The translations under genes were made by a program, and so were the position numbers. The notes below the pieces were generated by a model. It was not told the origin of the DNA, ran no database searches, and saw only the letters and a program-made list of their open reading frames with translations. Shown piece by piece: positions 34,806 to 48,990 of a stretch of 64,000 nt of DNA. How positions within the stretch are numbered: position 1 is the stretch's first letter; each line of letters starts with the position of its first letter. The stretch covers positions 17,794,001-17,858,000 of the forward strand of contig NC_135253.1 of the NCBI RefSeq assembly GCF_964204865.1, read 5' to 3'. The stretch comes from Styela clava (lineage: Eukaryota).

Positions 34806-37800
34806 ATGACACATCAGACAAACTGCACGGCTTTTCAAAATGAAAATAATTTGGCAATTTGCTCACTCAACGGTGTATTGCATATTTGGGATGTCGAAAC
34901 GGGAACAAAAAAGGTTGAATACACTCCTGCGAGTCACTTGACGTCAACTTTTACTTGCCTGTCATGGAAAATTCAGCAGAGAATTGAAAAGAGAAAGGTA
35001 AAGATTTCTTGTTGGATTTTTATCTGTTTTTCACCAATGTTGAATAATTAGGAGATTTAAAATTATTGATATGATGATAAAATAACAATTACATTTTTTA
35101 ATAATTTTTAGCAAAATGAAGCTTCTGGGAAGAAAAGAAAATCTAAAGCGTTTGAGGTTGATAAGACCGAAGATATAATTGCCCTAGGAACGGCAACTGG
35201 AGATATTTTACTTTATCGATACTTAACAGGAGAACTTGCTGGGAAATTAGTAAGTTATAACTATGTGTGGCCGGAATTAGAGCGCTGGGCTTAACTATGT
35301 TTGCAACACAGGTTAAGATCTCAGTTTCAGAATCCATACTCATCACTTAATTAACCAATCGTGTAATAAACTGAGTAGACACTGCCATAATAAAAAGATT
35401 CGGGTGCTTTTAAAATTTTGTAGCGACTGCTTAAATGCTTTATTTGGAGTAATATTCAAAGATTTAGCTTATCAATTTTTTTCTATTTTAAAATTATTGA
35501 ATATGTTTGCTTTCTGCAATACATGTCCCTCATTATCCTTTGCATAACTGAAGAAAAATTAAGTTTACTAGAAGATAATCAAACTCCTACGTGTTTCTGA
35601 TTCTGTTTTCGAATTTAAAAATATTTTTCGTACATACTTTAAACAGTGATATTGGCGTTCAGTGATATTGTTCAGTCTTGCGTTTAGTCAAACTTGGCTA
35701 TTCTAAATGAATCTTTTGATTTTAATGTTTTTTTTTTGTACAATACTATACAATACAGTACAATACTACCAACTTACATTTCAGGACGGAGAACATACAG
35801 GCAAAATCACTTGTATATGCTGGGATCCATATGAGTTTCGATTACTCTCAAGTTCAGAAGATCAACATATAGTACATTGGGATCTGAAATCTTATAAATC
35901 CATCTGGTATGATTACACATATGATTTTTCACTAGTCATTTTTTTAAAAACGCTGAAAAAATAGTTGAGCAAATTGTTGCACCGAACAAAAATTTAACTC
36001 AAAATTTTCAAAAATTCAAAACTCCTCATATTTTATAATTTATAGATTAATGAACTGGCATAAAACAAAATCAAATGAACTTTATTTCACTATTGAGTAT
36101 TTTTATTCATGAGTCCCTCTATTCTTGTTATTCAACACTATCCAGTATCAATTAGACAGGGAACTGAAGGGTTATTGAGTATAGTCCCAGAACTGTAGGT
36201 GTCTAGTGCAGTGTTTCTCAAACTGTGTTTTGCGGAACACTGCTGTTCTTCGAGCTGCTTCGGACTGCTCTGCGGACCAGGGATCCAAATCGTGACTAAA
36301 TTTCTGGTCATGGTGATCGCAACGACCATACTTTGGCACCTCTGGGTCGTTAATTTAGCTCCCAATTGATGACAAACAGGCGGACAGGGCTTGTGCCAGT
36401 CTGCAAGTCAGGCGTTTTTGTTAACTATAGGCCTACTAGTTTACAGCAAACTTTTTGATTTTACCATAAAGGCTAATTTTTTGGGAGCCACTCATCTGTT
36501 TTTCCTTTTTATTTCGTGGTGTTCCGCGAGGCAAGATAAAAAGCGTGTTTCGGGCCAAAAAAGTTTGAGGAACCCTGGTCTAGCGCATTGTTGGCCACTA
36601 TAAATGCCATGATAAATTCCACCCACCTCACAACTTTGCCTCAAACATGAAATGGTAATCGGCGATGCGACTTTGAGCATTCTTCGAGAATTAGACATGC
36701 ATAATATAATGTTAGTTATACTTCGTGTTTCTGGTCACAATAAACTGATTTTTTTAATATTATTTATTATTGAATTTTAGTAAATGGCAAGCAGATAAGA
36801 GAGGTGTCAACAGTATGTGCGTATGTCCCAACTCAACATTACTTTCAGCTGGAAAAACAATCAAATTATGGGATTTGAAAACAAAACAATTATTGAGGGT
36901 AAGATATAGGGTTCTCCTGTAGTGTGTCTGTCTACCAGGTTAGGCCATAATTTTCTTCCGATTTTCCTCATTTTAGTCCTATTACGAGTTTGGGGGCAGT
37001 CTGTGTTAGCAAAGTGAATATAACCCATGTCCCTAGGTTTCATTCAGTCTCAGCAGGCGAACAAAATTAGTTGCCCCTATATTAGTACACACACTTCTGG
37101 AGCGCCAGATATACTACTATGCAGTAACTGCTTTCTTTGGAACACTCAAGAAAAGTAGTAAAAAACGACCAATCATTTTTTTTTTGCAATATATAATTCA
37201 ATCAGTGAATATCTATCTATTCTTTAGGGGAAATTCAGGCGAAATATATCTAGTTATAAATAAAGATGGATGAAGTCGAATAGTTTATCATTTGGAATAC
37301 ATAAAACTCTGAATAAATTATTTCGATGAATTATTTCGAAGTATTTCAATTTTTCAGAGTTTCGTAGGTCATGCGAGTCCAGTTCTTGATTTAATGTATG
37401 TTAACATACCGGCAATATCACAAAGACAAGATGCAACTCCTCTAGAAATGGTCGAAGGTTTATATTTTTTATCATCTGCAATTGAAGATAGAGTTGTGAA
37501 TATTTGGTGAGTTGTTATTGAGTTGGAGCTTTGAAATACTTTTATCAAAATACTGGTGTTATTATATTTTTTTGATTTTATCAGTGTCATTTAAAAAAAA
37601 ACAGTAAAATTATTGAATAAACTCGGTTACAACTGAGAGCATGTATTTTATTCGAAAACGAAAACATATTTTCTAATCTCCTGTGACAATATTTGGAAAC
37701 TCTCACTATTGTAGTTTAATTATTTAAGCCAGATTTGGCAACAAAATTTCAGAAGTCATACTTTTACAAGGTAACAAACTTCTAAATTGTTCAAATTTGA

Positions 37801-40800
37801 TGAAAAAATTCTTTAAATATCTGTTTCAATAGACACATTAAAAAGTTGTATTTTTCTTCTCTAGATGTGGATGAAATTGTTCTAATTTTTATTCCAACCT
37901 TTTATTTTCAGGCAAATTCAAAGAAAACACAGAAAAATTGCTGTTGCGACATTTTCGTTAAATTCCGAACCGATATCTATGGCTTTGAAATCACCAACGA
38001 GCAAAGATAATCCGATCACTTTACTTGTTCTAACAAATGAAGGAGAATTAAATATATTTTCACACACATTAAATGGGTGAGATTTTATTTGAATTTATAT
38101 TTTCAAAATTTTCTTATTGTTTGAGTTTTGCTACAGTTTCAAAACTGACTTCTTTGACTTATAATTATGGAGGATTGGAATTACTTGACTTGTTTGTAAT
38201 TGTTGATCATTTTCCTTGGATGGGCATTTAGCGGACGATCTGATAATCTGTGTCAATCACATTGATCGCGGAAAAACTCTTTCTTTTCGCAAATTTTTGG
38301 GATTGTGACAGCCCATTTGCGAATTTTGCACAAAACTTCTTGTGAAACGATTCTTATGAAATTCCCCTGATTGCACTAACTAGACTTTACCAATAGAGAA
38401 GCTGACCTTAAATAACATGAGGTGACTTGGCAACTATGGCAGCCGCCTATACCGTCGATAACTGTTCACTTAGACATACAGATTTAATGGAGTTAAAACA
38501 TTATTTTCATTTCCACAAATAATTAATCACACATGAGCTGCAATGCCTACTACTTGACTTAATTTGTTTGTCAACAGTCTTGTACAGAAACAAAAGCAAA
38601 ATTTTAGATATATTTTGAGAAAATGAGATTGTTTACTAATGGAGATAGAAAACTAATATTTATCAGGACAGTCCTTATCCTCTCAAATTAATTGATTTTC
38701 TGTATATCCTCACATATAAACTGATCTTGCATATAAGCCAACCCCATAGAACGGTGAATTTATAAAATTCCACATATAAACCCCTTGTTTGTGAACATGG
38801 AATTTAATTTCAGGCAAATCAAGAAACCACTTAATGTGCAAATGACTGTCAAGGTGGTTGATCCTTCAGCAAAACAAATCAAAATATTATCAGCAACATT
38901 TTGTGATGAAAAAGAAAGCGAGACTGCTACAGTTTTGATCGCTTATGGAACGACATTAAAAGTTATTTTCGAAAAATTGGTTAGTTATTTGTTTCCTGTT
39001 TTTTATGAATTGCAATTAAGTGGGGAAATAAGAAAATGGAAATATACTGGAAATTAAATGTGTTGAAATAGCATTTATTTAGCATTGATAATTGAATGTA
39101 ATACAAGTTCTCAAGTAGTTTTGAGCATTGTGGTTTAGGTATCTCACACACGCTTCTACCACATTATCAGACGAGGTATTGTCATAAATTTAATTTTTCA
39201 CAATTGTAAAATAATTGAAATGTTTTGTTCCTGAATTTGAAAAATTGCTTGCATATTTTTTTGCTGTAATTTACTGCCAAATTTGATCTTTGTAAAAAAT
39301 TCAATTATAAAATGAATTATAATTTGTGATAATGAATTCTTCATCTTATTCACAATTGCAGAATCTTGACAACTACACAACAAAGGATGTTTGTATAATA
39401 AGAGAAGATCCAATGAAAGTTAAAATCACACAACCTGAAAATGCTTTAACCGTAAGATTTTGATTCTTTGATTGCTCATGGTTAGAATTTGATGGGTTTT
39501 CTTGGAAATACCATATATTCTCATTCCCAAACATGAATCTCTTTGTTGAAATGTTGATAAAATTGAATTTTTTTTGGGGAATACCATACCCAGGGTGTAT
39601 TTTTGGTAATTCCATTCCTTGCAGAAATAGACTCCTTAAACATAGTTAAATGTCAGTGGCTGTCTGTACCAGGCATGGTCGTAGCGAAACACGTGAATGA
39701 GTGAGTGTTAAAATAATGAAACTGCATATTTATGGAGCATTTTATTTGTCCCTTTCTTCGTTGAATATTACTTGAATAAGGATCAATGATCTTTTAACCA
39801 TGATGGTTCGCAATTGCTGGAAGAGATTGTAGAACAAAATCTTGGTAATTTAAAAATAGCCGCGTTGTTGCGTATAGTCTCAATCAATCTTTTGCGTTCT
39901 ATTCCAGACGAGAGAACCGATTCGAAATAAAAATGAAGTTGTGACGTTAGCACCAGGAATACCAGGTCACGCTCAAGATATATCTGCAATGTCTGAACAA
40001 ACATCAACGATCAAACATAAACGAAGGAAGAATAATGTTTCTACCAGTGAATCAGAGGTTTGTATGTATTTTTGAAGCATCTACAATCATTATACTGCAA
40101 GGATACTTTGCTTTTGTAACACTGTCGATATTGTTCAAAAAGTGTAACGTTTCACGCCGCAATTACATGGCCCGCAAGTCTGAGTGGGCAGATTTTTTGT
40201 TCCCTGATCCAAAAACTGTTCCCACCCCCGATCTGTAATATACTGCAAGGATACTTTTTACATTTATGAGGCTTTTTTCTAGTATTAAAGTCCAGAGTTT
40301 TTTTTTTAATTCTTGGGAGTGCTTGGGAGTGAGTATCATGCATTCTTGCTCGTTAGAATTTAGATAGGAGTACAAATTTATATGTATAAAATTTTGTTAT
40401 CCTGAAACAAGTAGTTAATATTAATTTCTTTGAAGAACCATGTGCAAATTGAAATTTAAGTGAAGTTTTGCCCTCTCTTCTCTCTCTCTTCTTGGCCGAA
40501 ATTTGAATCCGCAGTGCTTCCAAGTTTTCAAACCCAAATTCTTCTATTTTAATTCCAATTCATCTTCAGTTAAGTTTGTTTAAACAAATTGGAGTTTTAT
40601 AATAAATATGATTTGGTGACATTTCCTGCTTACATTTAGTTATTAGTATTAAATTTTATTCACCGTCCAATTCGAGAAATGTTTGTGTTTTTCAGATGAC
40701 ACTTGAGGATAGATTGAATGCGATTGGTTTAAAGAAGGAAGAAGATGGACAACAACAACAACCTCCTCGTGCTGATTCACTGTCTGTATTATTGGCTCAA

Positions 40801-43800
40801 GGTCTTCATAGCAATGATAAAGAAATATTAAATGTAAGGCGCCTATTTGGAATTAATGATTTTGGTATAGAATGCTAGTTTCATGTGAAAATTGTAAAAA
40901 CTTTGCTCTCACTCATGCCTATATATCAGGGGTGTGCAAGGTCTTTAGACCAGGGGCCAAAAATTTTGCCCACCAAGACTGACGGGCCATGTAAGTGTGA
41001 TGTAAAAAGTTACACATGACCGAGACAAAAGAAAGTGGTGTGAAAAGCGCGCTGTCTAGTTGAGGGAGCAAGAAAAGTTTTGTTAACGTCCCATATTACA
41101 ACTCCTCGCGTCCCTAAAATACAACCTACACAGACTACGATCATAATCTAACAAGCCTATTGTAGGGCCAGATTGAATCACCCAGTGGGCCGGATTTGGC
41201 CTCTGGCTATAGTTTGCCAACGTCAGCTATATATACACATAAGGAAGGATCTTTGTGGCACAGCAAAGCTTACCTGATCTGGTGTCTGTGCATGGTGACG
41301 TGTATGAAGCTGAAATCGGGTCTTGGATCTTATGATCTAACTATATTGCTATTGTGAATCTCTAACTTTATGTTCACTTATTAACTTATGAATATCAAAG
41401 ACTCTCGAGTGACCACAGGAAAAACGAGTTACATAGAAAATGCTTGCTTTCAAGTTGAACTCAATTTAAAAACATTTTTCTTTACAGAGAGTTCTACAAA
41501 AAACTAATGAAGATCTGATCTACAACACAGTAGCTAGACTTCCTCTCTCTCTCATTGTTTCACTGATACAAGATCTCACTACGAGGATGAAAACTTCTCC
41601 TGCTGCGTAAGTTCACTTTTTCATCTATTGTTAAACGCCAAAATCTGGCAACTGGCTCTTCGGTGGTTCGCTCATCATGCTAAAAGTTGTCAATCGCTGC
41701 GAGTGGTGGAATCTCGATCTTTACTCCCTACTATCTTAGGGCCATACAGTTACTCGCTGTCTCTTTCATTGACAAATAATTGGTTAACCATTCACATTTT
41801 AACATGGACTAGTTACTGGCCGAGTGCATTAATCCGTCTTGTCAGCTTTGCTTTACCCAATAATATAAACGAACATGGCTCAGTATTTTAAATTATATTT
41901 TCCTTATTTCCAGAGCATTTAAATTTGTGAAATGGATGAGAATAACATTAAAAGTTCATTCTTCGTATCTTATGACGGTAAGATTTATTTTTTTGTTGCA
42001 TTCAGTTTTTCAAACATTTCAAATATACATTTCAAAGGGTGGATTGAGAATGACTTGAATTGAGAATGAAAAAATATCTAGATGGAATGATCAATCGACC
42101 ATTGGTGAATTCTCGTAATTCAGTGCGGTTATGACTATTGCTACTCCTATGGTGTCACAAAAATTCTGACTTGTTACAAAAATGACAATAGTCTAATATT
42201 CATATAGTGGACTATCACACATTTGTTGGTTTGTAACCTCCCTGTTATAAATATATTGTAATTAATCCCATTTAAAAATTTTGTTCGACATTTGCCATCC
42301 AATGCTGGGATCAGTAGAATTACTAAAATATTGAACAAAATAGGAACTAGAATTTTCTATTTGTTTCAGTGAAAGCAGTTATTACAAATTATTGCAATTT
42401 TTCTACAGTTTTTCAGTCAAAAATGGTAACTTCGATTACCACTATTAAAAGTCTATAATTCTGACTTCCTCATACGAAAATTTCTGCCTCTACCTTTGAC
42501 CCCAATGTCAATCAAAATTGTTCAATTCTCGACTCCACAGCATGCAGCCCAGACTATTATAACAACAAAAATCTATTTTATAGTTGCCAGATCTTGTTCC
42601 GTTACTAAGTCAGTTGTATCAATTGATGGATGCAAGAACAGAAACTCACAGCAGATTTGTTAAATTAGAAGGAAAACTAGAACTTCTCACAACTCAAATC
42701 AAATCGAAGAAATCAGCAGAAAATAAAACAATTGACACAACACCAATGTTTGTCTATGAAGATGGTAAGATATTTTTTTAATGAGATTGTGGTCATATTA
42801 TCATTGTCTTAGTCGAGCGTTTCTCAACTGCGTTCCACCGAACGCTGCTGTTCCACGAGCTTCTTCGGTTTTTGTCAGCAGTTCAATATTGTTAACCTCC
42901 GGGCTCCTGCCTAATTTCTAATCATGAAGTTCATCAATTGATCATCAATCAACACTTTTTAATTTCATCTTAAGCTAAATTTTTCGGAAACCACCTTCCC
43001 TTTTCAATGGAAGAGTTTTGAACATGACAAAGTAAAGGTAAATTTGGAGGGCCCATAGTTCAAATACGATTAAACTGAGTACCATCTGCTTGGTATAATA
43101 TCTGAGGGTTCAGTATTTGGAAACTGTTTTCATTCAGCAATGTAAAAACTACCCGAAGTACCCTGATTTCTATTCTCCATTTCGGAAGCTGCTTAGCTTT
43201 TTATACTAGCGTGTAATTAACTAGCGTATATCACCTCATGTATATTTATTATGACAGAATCTTCAGATGAGCAAGAAGATATATTAATGGATGATTTGCC
43301 CGTTGATCCATCTGATTCCTCCGATGTAAGTATTTTATGATCAAAATATGATTTATTTGTTCTATATCTAATTCACACGATAGCTGTTTGGGTGAAAATT
43401 TCTGTGAGGTTATATTGTTGAAAATTATATGGAAATGGAATGTATTCGTATAAGTTGGTTTCACAAATTTCATTACCTCTTATTTTTCTGATTTTTATTT
43501 GCTATGAGAATATTTTTTTGTTAAATTTCAAAAAATAATCATCGGTCCATTTTTGGTCCACGTCAGAACAGCCCAAGTTAATTTTAAATTGCTATGGATT
43601 TAGTTATTTCGATCTTCTTGGCGATAATTTTGAACTTGGCATAACTTACTCCTTGAAAAGCAGAGAGTGAAAATTAATGTTTTTCTTTGTCTATAGCAAT
43701 TTCTTTATTTGAAAAATGCAAACGGAGTCAGTTTTCACTTTTGAACTCATATTTTCAACATTGTCTATTCATGAAACTTGACTTTTTGTATTCTTTATAC

Positions 43801-43968
43801 TTCCTTGATCTATCTTTGCTCTGAATTGCGAGTTTTCATTGAATCTTGCTTGTTTTGCCATAGAATGACTGGGAAGAGATGTCAGAAAGAGATGAGAAAG
43901 GAGAAATGGTCATTGATGAAGATGAAACTGACAGCGGAGTTGTTAATGGAATGTTGGATGAAGACTAA
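34806..43968 (+). CDS. WDR43: WD repeat-containing protein 43 / UTP5; 15 exons starting near 34806, 35112, 35786, 36781, 37358, 37912, 38814, 39362, 39908, 40696, 41488, 41914, 42584, 43258, 43864
   Basis: EYTPASHL...TCLSW, DIIALGTATGDILLY, LLSAGKTIKLWD, Utp12-type domain SLSVLLAQGLHSNDKEILN...LEGKLELL and an acidic C-terminus; GT-AG introns in phase. Confidence 0.93.
36209..36577. mobile_element. hAT-type MITE (369 bp) in WDR43 intron 3
   Basis: TIRs CAGTGTTTCTCAAACT / CAGGGTTCCTCAAACT; TSD GTCTAGTG / GTCTAGCG; related ends near 42815 and 50945. Confidence 0.85.
40927..41226. mobile_element. hAT-type MITE (300 bp) in WDR43 intron 10
   Basis: 8-bp TSD CTATATAT on both sides; degenerate TIRs CAGGGGTGTGCAA / CTGACGTTGGCAA. 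Confidence 0.7.
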
Positions 43969-44536
43969 ATTCGCTAATATATTTCCTCATTTCATGTGGC
44001 ACAAACTTGAGATAGATTGTTTGACCATATTCTACTAATCCCAATTTGTGTGCTTGGCTGTAAAAACATTTTTTTTTGACTATAGAATTTCTGTAATATT
44101 AGTCACTGATCTATTTGTAACTCCTAAAATATGACAATTACAATAAACAAACTACGCTGCCAAAATAGTAGCTTATATGCCCCTATGTTCTACAAACAAT
44201 TTCTAGTCAAGTTATATTTTGACTGTCAAATCTCCACTCTTTACTTTTGATCGCATTTTTAAAATATTCCTCATATTCCTCAGTTTTGACTGTGTGGGAT
44301 TTTGACTGAACATTCTGTTGTGCAGAACACACTATAATGTTCAAACTTGTATATATCCAATGAAATGGTCTGTTTCATTCCGACACTCAATCTAGACTGG
44401 TAGAGTGGTAGCCACACCAGGGACCTCAGTTCACACTATTGGGGTGTCTTCCTTTTCTATACTGCTCAAAAACCCTTGACTTTATGTTTTAATATGACTT
44501 GCAACTGGATACCGCAATATTTGATAATGTTGCAAC

Positions 44537-46678
44537 CAGGGATGGCCATTTCCGAATACTAAACTATTCCGAATACATTCTAAAATAATGTTTTCGAATC
44601 TGGAATTCCGAATACATTCTAAAATCGAAAATAACACATTTTTGGTTTAATATTAGGAAATAAGCTTCAATAGAAATATCATAATAAAGCCACAAACCAA
44701 CAGTATATGTACACAAAGTAATTGATAGTTTATAGCTATCAATAAAAAATAACAGCAACTTGTGACACAGTCAGTTTATTAAAATTATTCACTTTGTACA
44801 AATGACCATATGAAAAGATAGCCAAGGAGTTGTCTGATGCTTTCTATCATTGGTACAATGATATTACGATAATAGTCAAGTCTACAAAAATACTACTTGT
44901 ATTCAGATAATTGTGTATATTTTCTGAGAGTAATAAAATTTATTGGCAATACAGGCAACTGAAACAAGCAACAACAATCGAAAATCAGTTATGCCTTTAC
45001 AAATTCTAATATTTAAGCCTAGAGTATTCTACTACCTACCAGTATATTTGTATACTAATTTATGTGAACCATATTGTTATTATGTGTAACATATTGTTGT
45101 GTTTGAAATTAAAAATAAATTAGTAGAGGATAGATGACCACCACTGCCAGCCGCGCAGCCAGGATTTTCGAAATCGGAAATTCCCATTGCCGCCTGTAAC
45201 ACCCACCGCGATTCGTCGCTCGTTAAAAGAGCCGTCTTTTCAGGGTATAATGATCATCCTGTTAAGTAAAATATTCAATCCGTGACAACTATGAAATTCT
45301 AAAATATCTTTATTTAATTTAATGTGTCCAACGTAACTCGGGTTGCTTATTCTTATGCCAAAAAAAAAACATTACTATTCGGTCCACGGCGATCTGTGAC
45401 CTAAAAGTACGAGATAAACTGCCTGATGTATTTAATTTCAATACGTATTTTTGCAATCTTGCCAACTCGTTATCGCCGTTAGAAAAATCTCAAATAATGA
45501 TATAGAATCCTGTTAAGTGTAGAGTATAATTCATTTCATACAATGAATATACATATAAAGTTTAGCAGTAAATTAAAAATACATTTTCATCGCCGCATTA
45601 TGCCACCTGTTTAAAGAGTCGACTTTTACAACAAATAATATAACAACGAATATATATTTTTCTGTTGTGCAAAGCGATGAATTCGTGACCGATACGAGCA
45701 TATTTAAAATGTCTTGCTTTATTAATTTAATTGTCTTCAATTTAACCTGCGGTTGCGTCGACAAAATAAAATCCTCACCACTCTTATATACCATTGCAAT
45801 CCGCGGTCATAAAAATAAAAACGTGTGGTAAACTGTCGGATTAAATAATGTTTTGATCCGTATTTTGCGAATTCGGCAAATATTTAGATGTACTTGTTAA
45901 CAGTGACTCCGCTCAATCGAAATGCTGCCATTCTGATTATTTTTAGATAGAACCGTTCGAAAAATCCATAAATCTGCTGTAACATTTCAGAGTAAAATTT
46001 ATTTCATCACAATGAAATTGATTGAATATACTTTAAGATTGATTATTTTATATACCGGTACATCCTCAAACCCCGGGGAAAAGTCGCGTTTCAAACCTTG
46101 TATCATGTTAACACGAAAATATTCGACGGCAATTTAAAGTAATGGATAATCAGGCAAATCCCGCCCTCAATTCGTGACGATATGTTTCTAAATGCCGACC
46201 AAACATAATGTGTGCCAGAGGCACACAAAATTTTGCGGGTTCCACTGCCTAGAAGAGCGTTTTTTAAATTTCGGTTTTATTTTCAGTATTTTAAATTGCC
46301 GCTATTCAATCAAAAAGTTGCGTTGTCTTTAGAAACTCGCCGCCGATGAACGTACTCAACAGATTCCAATTCCGTGCGCGTACAAAAATAAAATAATTGT
46401 CATCGTTATCGTGGAACAAATTTGTGGAAAATTTTCGTTTTAGAGAAAATAACACAAAGGTAAAGGCGTTTACGGCCTAAATAACAAGTTACGCTGATGA
46501 GCGATGAAAACAATCACGCGCAGGTTTTTATCCAGAATGTTTTCATTCAACGGAAACGTCTTCAAAGCGGCGTCGAAAATGTGTGACGTCACACAAATAT
46601 CCGATATTCTTATGAACGCTAATTCCGATATTCGAATAACGAGATATTCGAATACTTTATTCGAATTGGCCATCCCTG
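44537..46678. mobile_element. Non-autonomous hAT element (2142 bp)
   Basis: TIRs CAGGGATGGCCATTTCCGAATA / CAGGGATGGCCAATTCGAATA; perfect TSD GTTGCAAC (44529-44536, 46679-46686); subterminal CGAATA repeats; no long ORF. Confidence 0.93.
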
Positions 46679-46859
46679 GTTGCAACTCAAAATACCTTGG
46701 TTTACAATATTTTTTCACAAGTTTAGCTTGTTATCATAATATGTTCCAGTTATCTTTATAATGCTACACTGAATCTAATATTTTTTCTAATGCTTATTTT
46801 GACTTGAAATTTTCCTGCCATTAATTTCTCTGTGCTTCAAATGAATATGACAGAATCGT

Positions 46860-48990
46860 GTCATGTGTTTCGTAAGCGCCAACAGGTTGACTCCGATTTC
46901 ATGGACTAAATATTTGTTTGATAATTGGCATGCTGTCGATTCTGTTTGTTGAATTTGCTTAGCCTTTTTGAACCGTTTTGTACATCAGATTTTGGATACA
47001 AAATATTTCAACAAATCGGATCAATCGCTTTTGCATTTATACCTATTTTCAGATTTATTGTTCAGTTTTGCCTTTATTTGAAAATTGCTGTTCTAAACAG
47101 TGGTCTCATACTCATTTTAGTTGCATGTATTTAGTAGTTGATATTTTTTTTTTGGTAGCATTCAAAATATAGCTAGCTGGGATATTATTCAAATAGAACA
47201 ATGCTATTCAATGAAACTTTCTATATTAAAAAACATTCAACTGACTCGTTTTGAACAAAACTGGCTTTGAACAAAATTTTCCCCAGATTCATATAGAATT
47301 TTGAACTTGATTTTCATTCTTTTTGCAATGGAATATTTATTATTCTCAAGCACCTGCTACTTGAATAAGCTACTTCGAACATGCACCAAAATGACTCGCA
47401 AGTAATACTAATTCATGCATACTGTCCTCTTTTGAAAAAATCGGAACAGTTCCTTATATTGTCCACATAATAACAACCTATTATTCTCTTATTTCATCTG
47501 TGTGCTACATACAGGCCTCTTGTTACTTTTTATTTCATACGTTCTAACGTTGGTGCTTTAATCTTGACATATAACTGCCCTGTTTGTGGTGACTATTTTG
47601 TCGGAATTGTGACATTGTCAGAATATGTAACCTATCTTAATGCTTAATTTTTGCAATTTATATAACTGCCTCTTTTCTTACAATTGTCACAGTCATTTCC
47701 TGAGACTTTATAGTGGATACAACCAAGTCTGTTTTCAACTTCAGAACTGTTGCATGTATACTCTTGAGCGCCCAACTAATCTCAATCTTTGTTTTGATGA
47801 ATCTTATATTATTTGCCAAAATGAATAATGTTATCAAAGCTTATCTTTTTTGCTTTGATTTCCAGTAAATTATAGCAATGCTTTCGAGTCAAGATTTTTG
47901 CCATCTTACTCGTAGTAATTCTAAAATCCGACTTTATCATTATAATATTTTGCCTCAGACTCAAATGTTTACTTAAAAACATTGGCAAGATTGAATCTTT
48001 TTTTTTGGAAATTTTGACAGCGACTTTGGGATATTTGAGATTCCTTTCTTTCAAGTCAATTATAATATCATTGAAAACATATCACAAATCACTTTTCAGC
48101 ATGTCTGTTAGAATAGTGTAAAATTTTTTCATTCAAATTGATTAGAATTCTATATTTAACTGCCAGTCTAAGTTACTTTTGGAAGACATTCATTGGAAGG
48201 CTGTCATATGTTTTTGATCAGCATTTACATATTTTGTAGGCAGTTGAATGCATAATAAATCTTGATGCTTTGATTATTTGCCTACTTTTGTTTTTCATTA
48301 TAATTTCAAGCATCTTAGTGCTGTTCTGCACCTCAACGTGCTCAGTTCATTTCGTGCTGCTATTCTAAAGTTGTGCCAATTTAAATTGTATATAATTAAT
48401 TATTATGAACTTCGACCTGAAACAACTTTTCCAAAATACTTCTTGAATTATGTATCAGGTGATGTTTCCTTCTGATCATTTTACTGAACAACATGTTTTT
48501 TGTTCATTCATTTGGTGGATTATTTTTTGCGAGACAATAAATTTGGTCTACAAGTGCCATTAGAGTGTGTTAGAAAAGTTGGTTAAATAAAAGTTGCTGG
48601 TTTAGTCTGCCATATAGATGTCTATAGACAGAGGTTGACACCAGAATTTAAAGCAATTATTGTCAATTTAACATAGCAATGCTGCGGAAATGGCTCGGTG
48701 GGAGTAAATTCTTGTTGTTGCTAACGAAGTGTTGTTGTGTTATCTATGAATAACGCTCTTTATTCGATATTGTTCCACACCCAGATATTTGAAGTCGAAC
48801 ATATTGACTTATAATCAGGAATGTTTTGTCCAAGCAAAGCTCCAGTTTCATAAGAATTTCCTGTCCGCACCAATAATTCTCAACTCGATTTGCCATGAAA
48901 TGTAAGAATTTTTCTGATTCTCCGAAGCTACACCATTGAAGAGCCCAGTTGGAGGAAACTGAGATATGCAGACAGTTCGTTGCATATATC
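46860..48990 (-). mobile_element. Highly decayed non-LTR retrotransposon remnant (boundaries approximate)
   Basis: Minus-strand peptide relics in LINE order: W...W (~48950), FKYLGV (48776-48793), TCRPNL (~48545), SHFGAC (~47390), PVGA (46875-46886); many stops and frameshifts. Confidence 0.5.

Noticed and set aside
43021-43112. Possible C/D snoRNA (GAAC...CTGA...CTGAGGGTTC) in WDR43 intron 13
   Set aside because: C box is poor (ATGACAA) and I recognised no rRNA-antisense guide.
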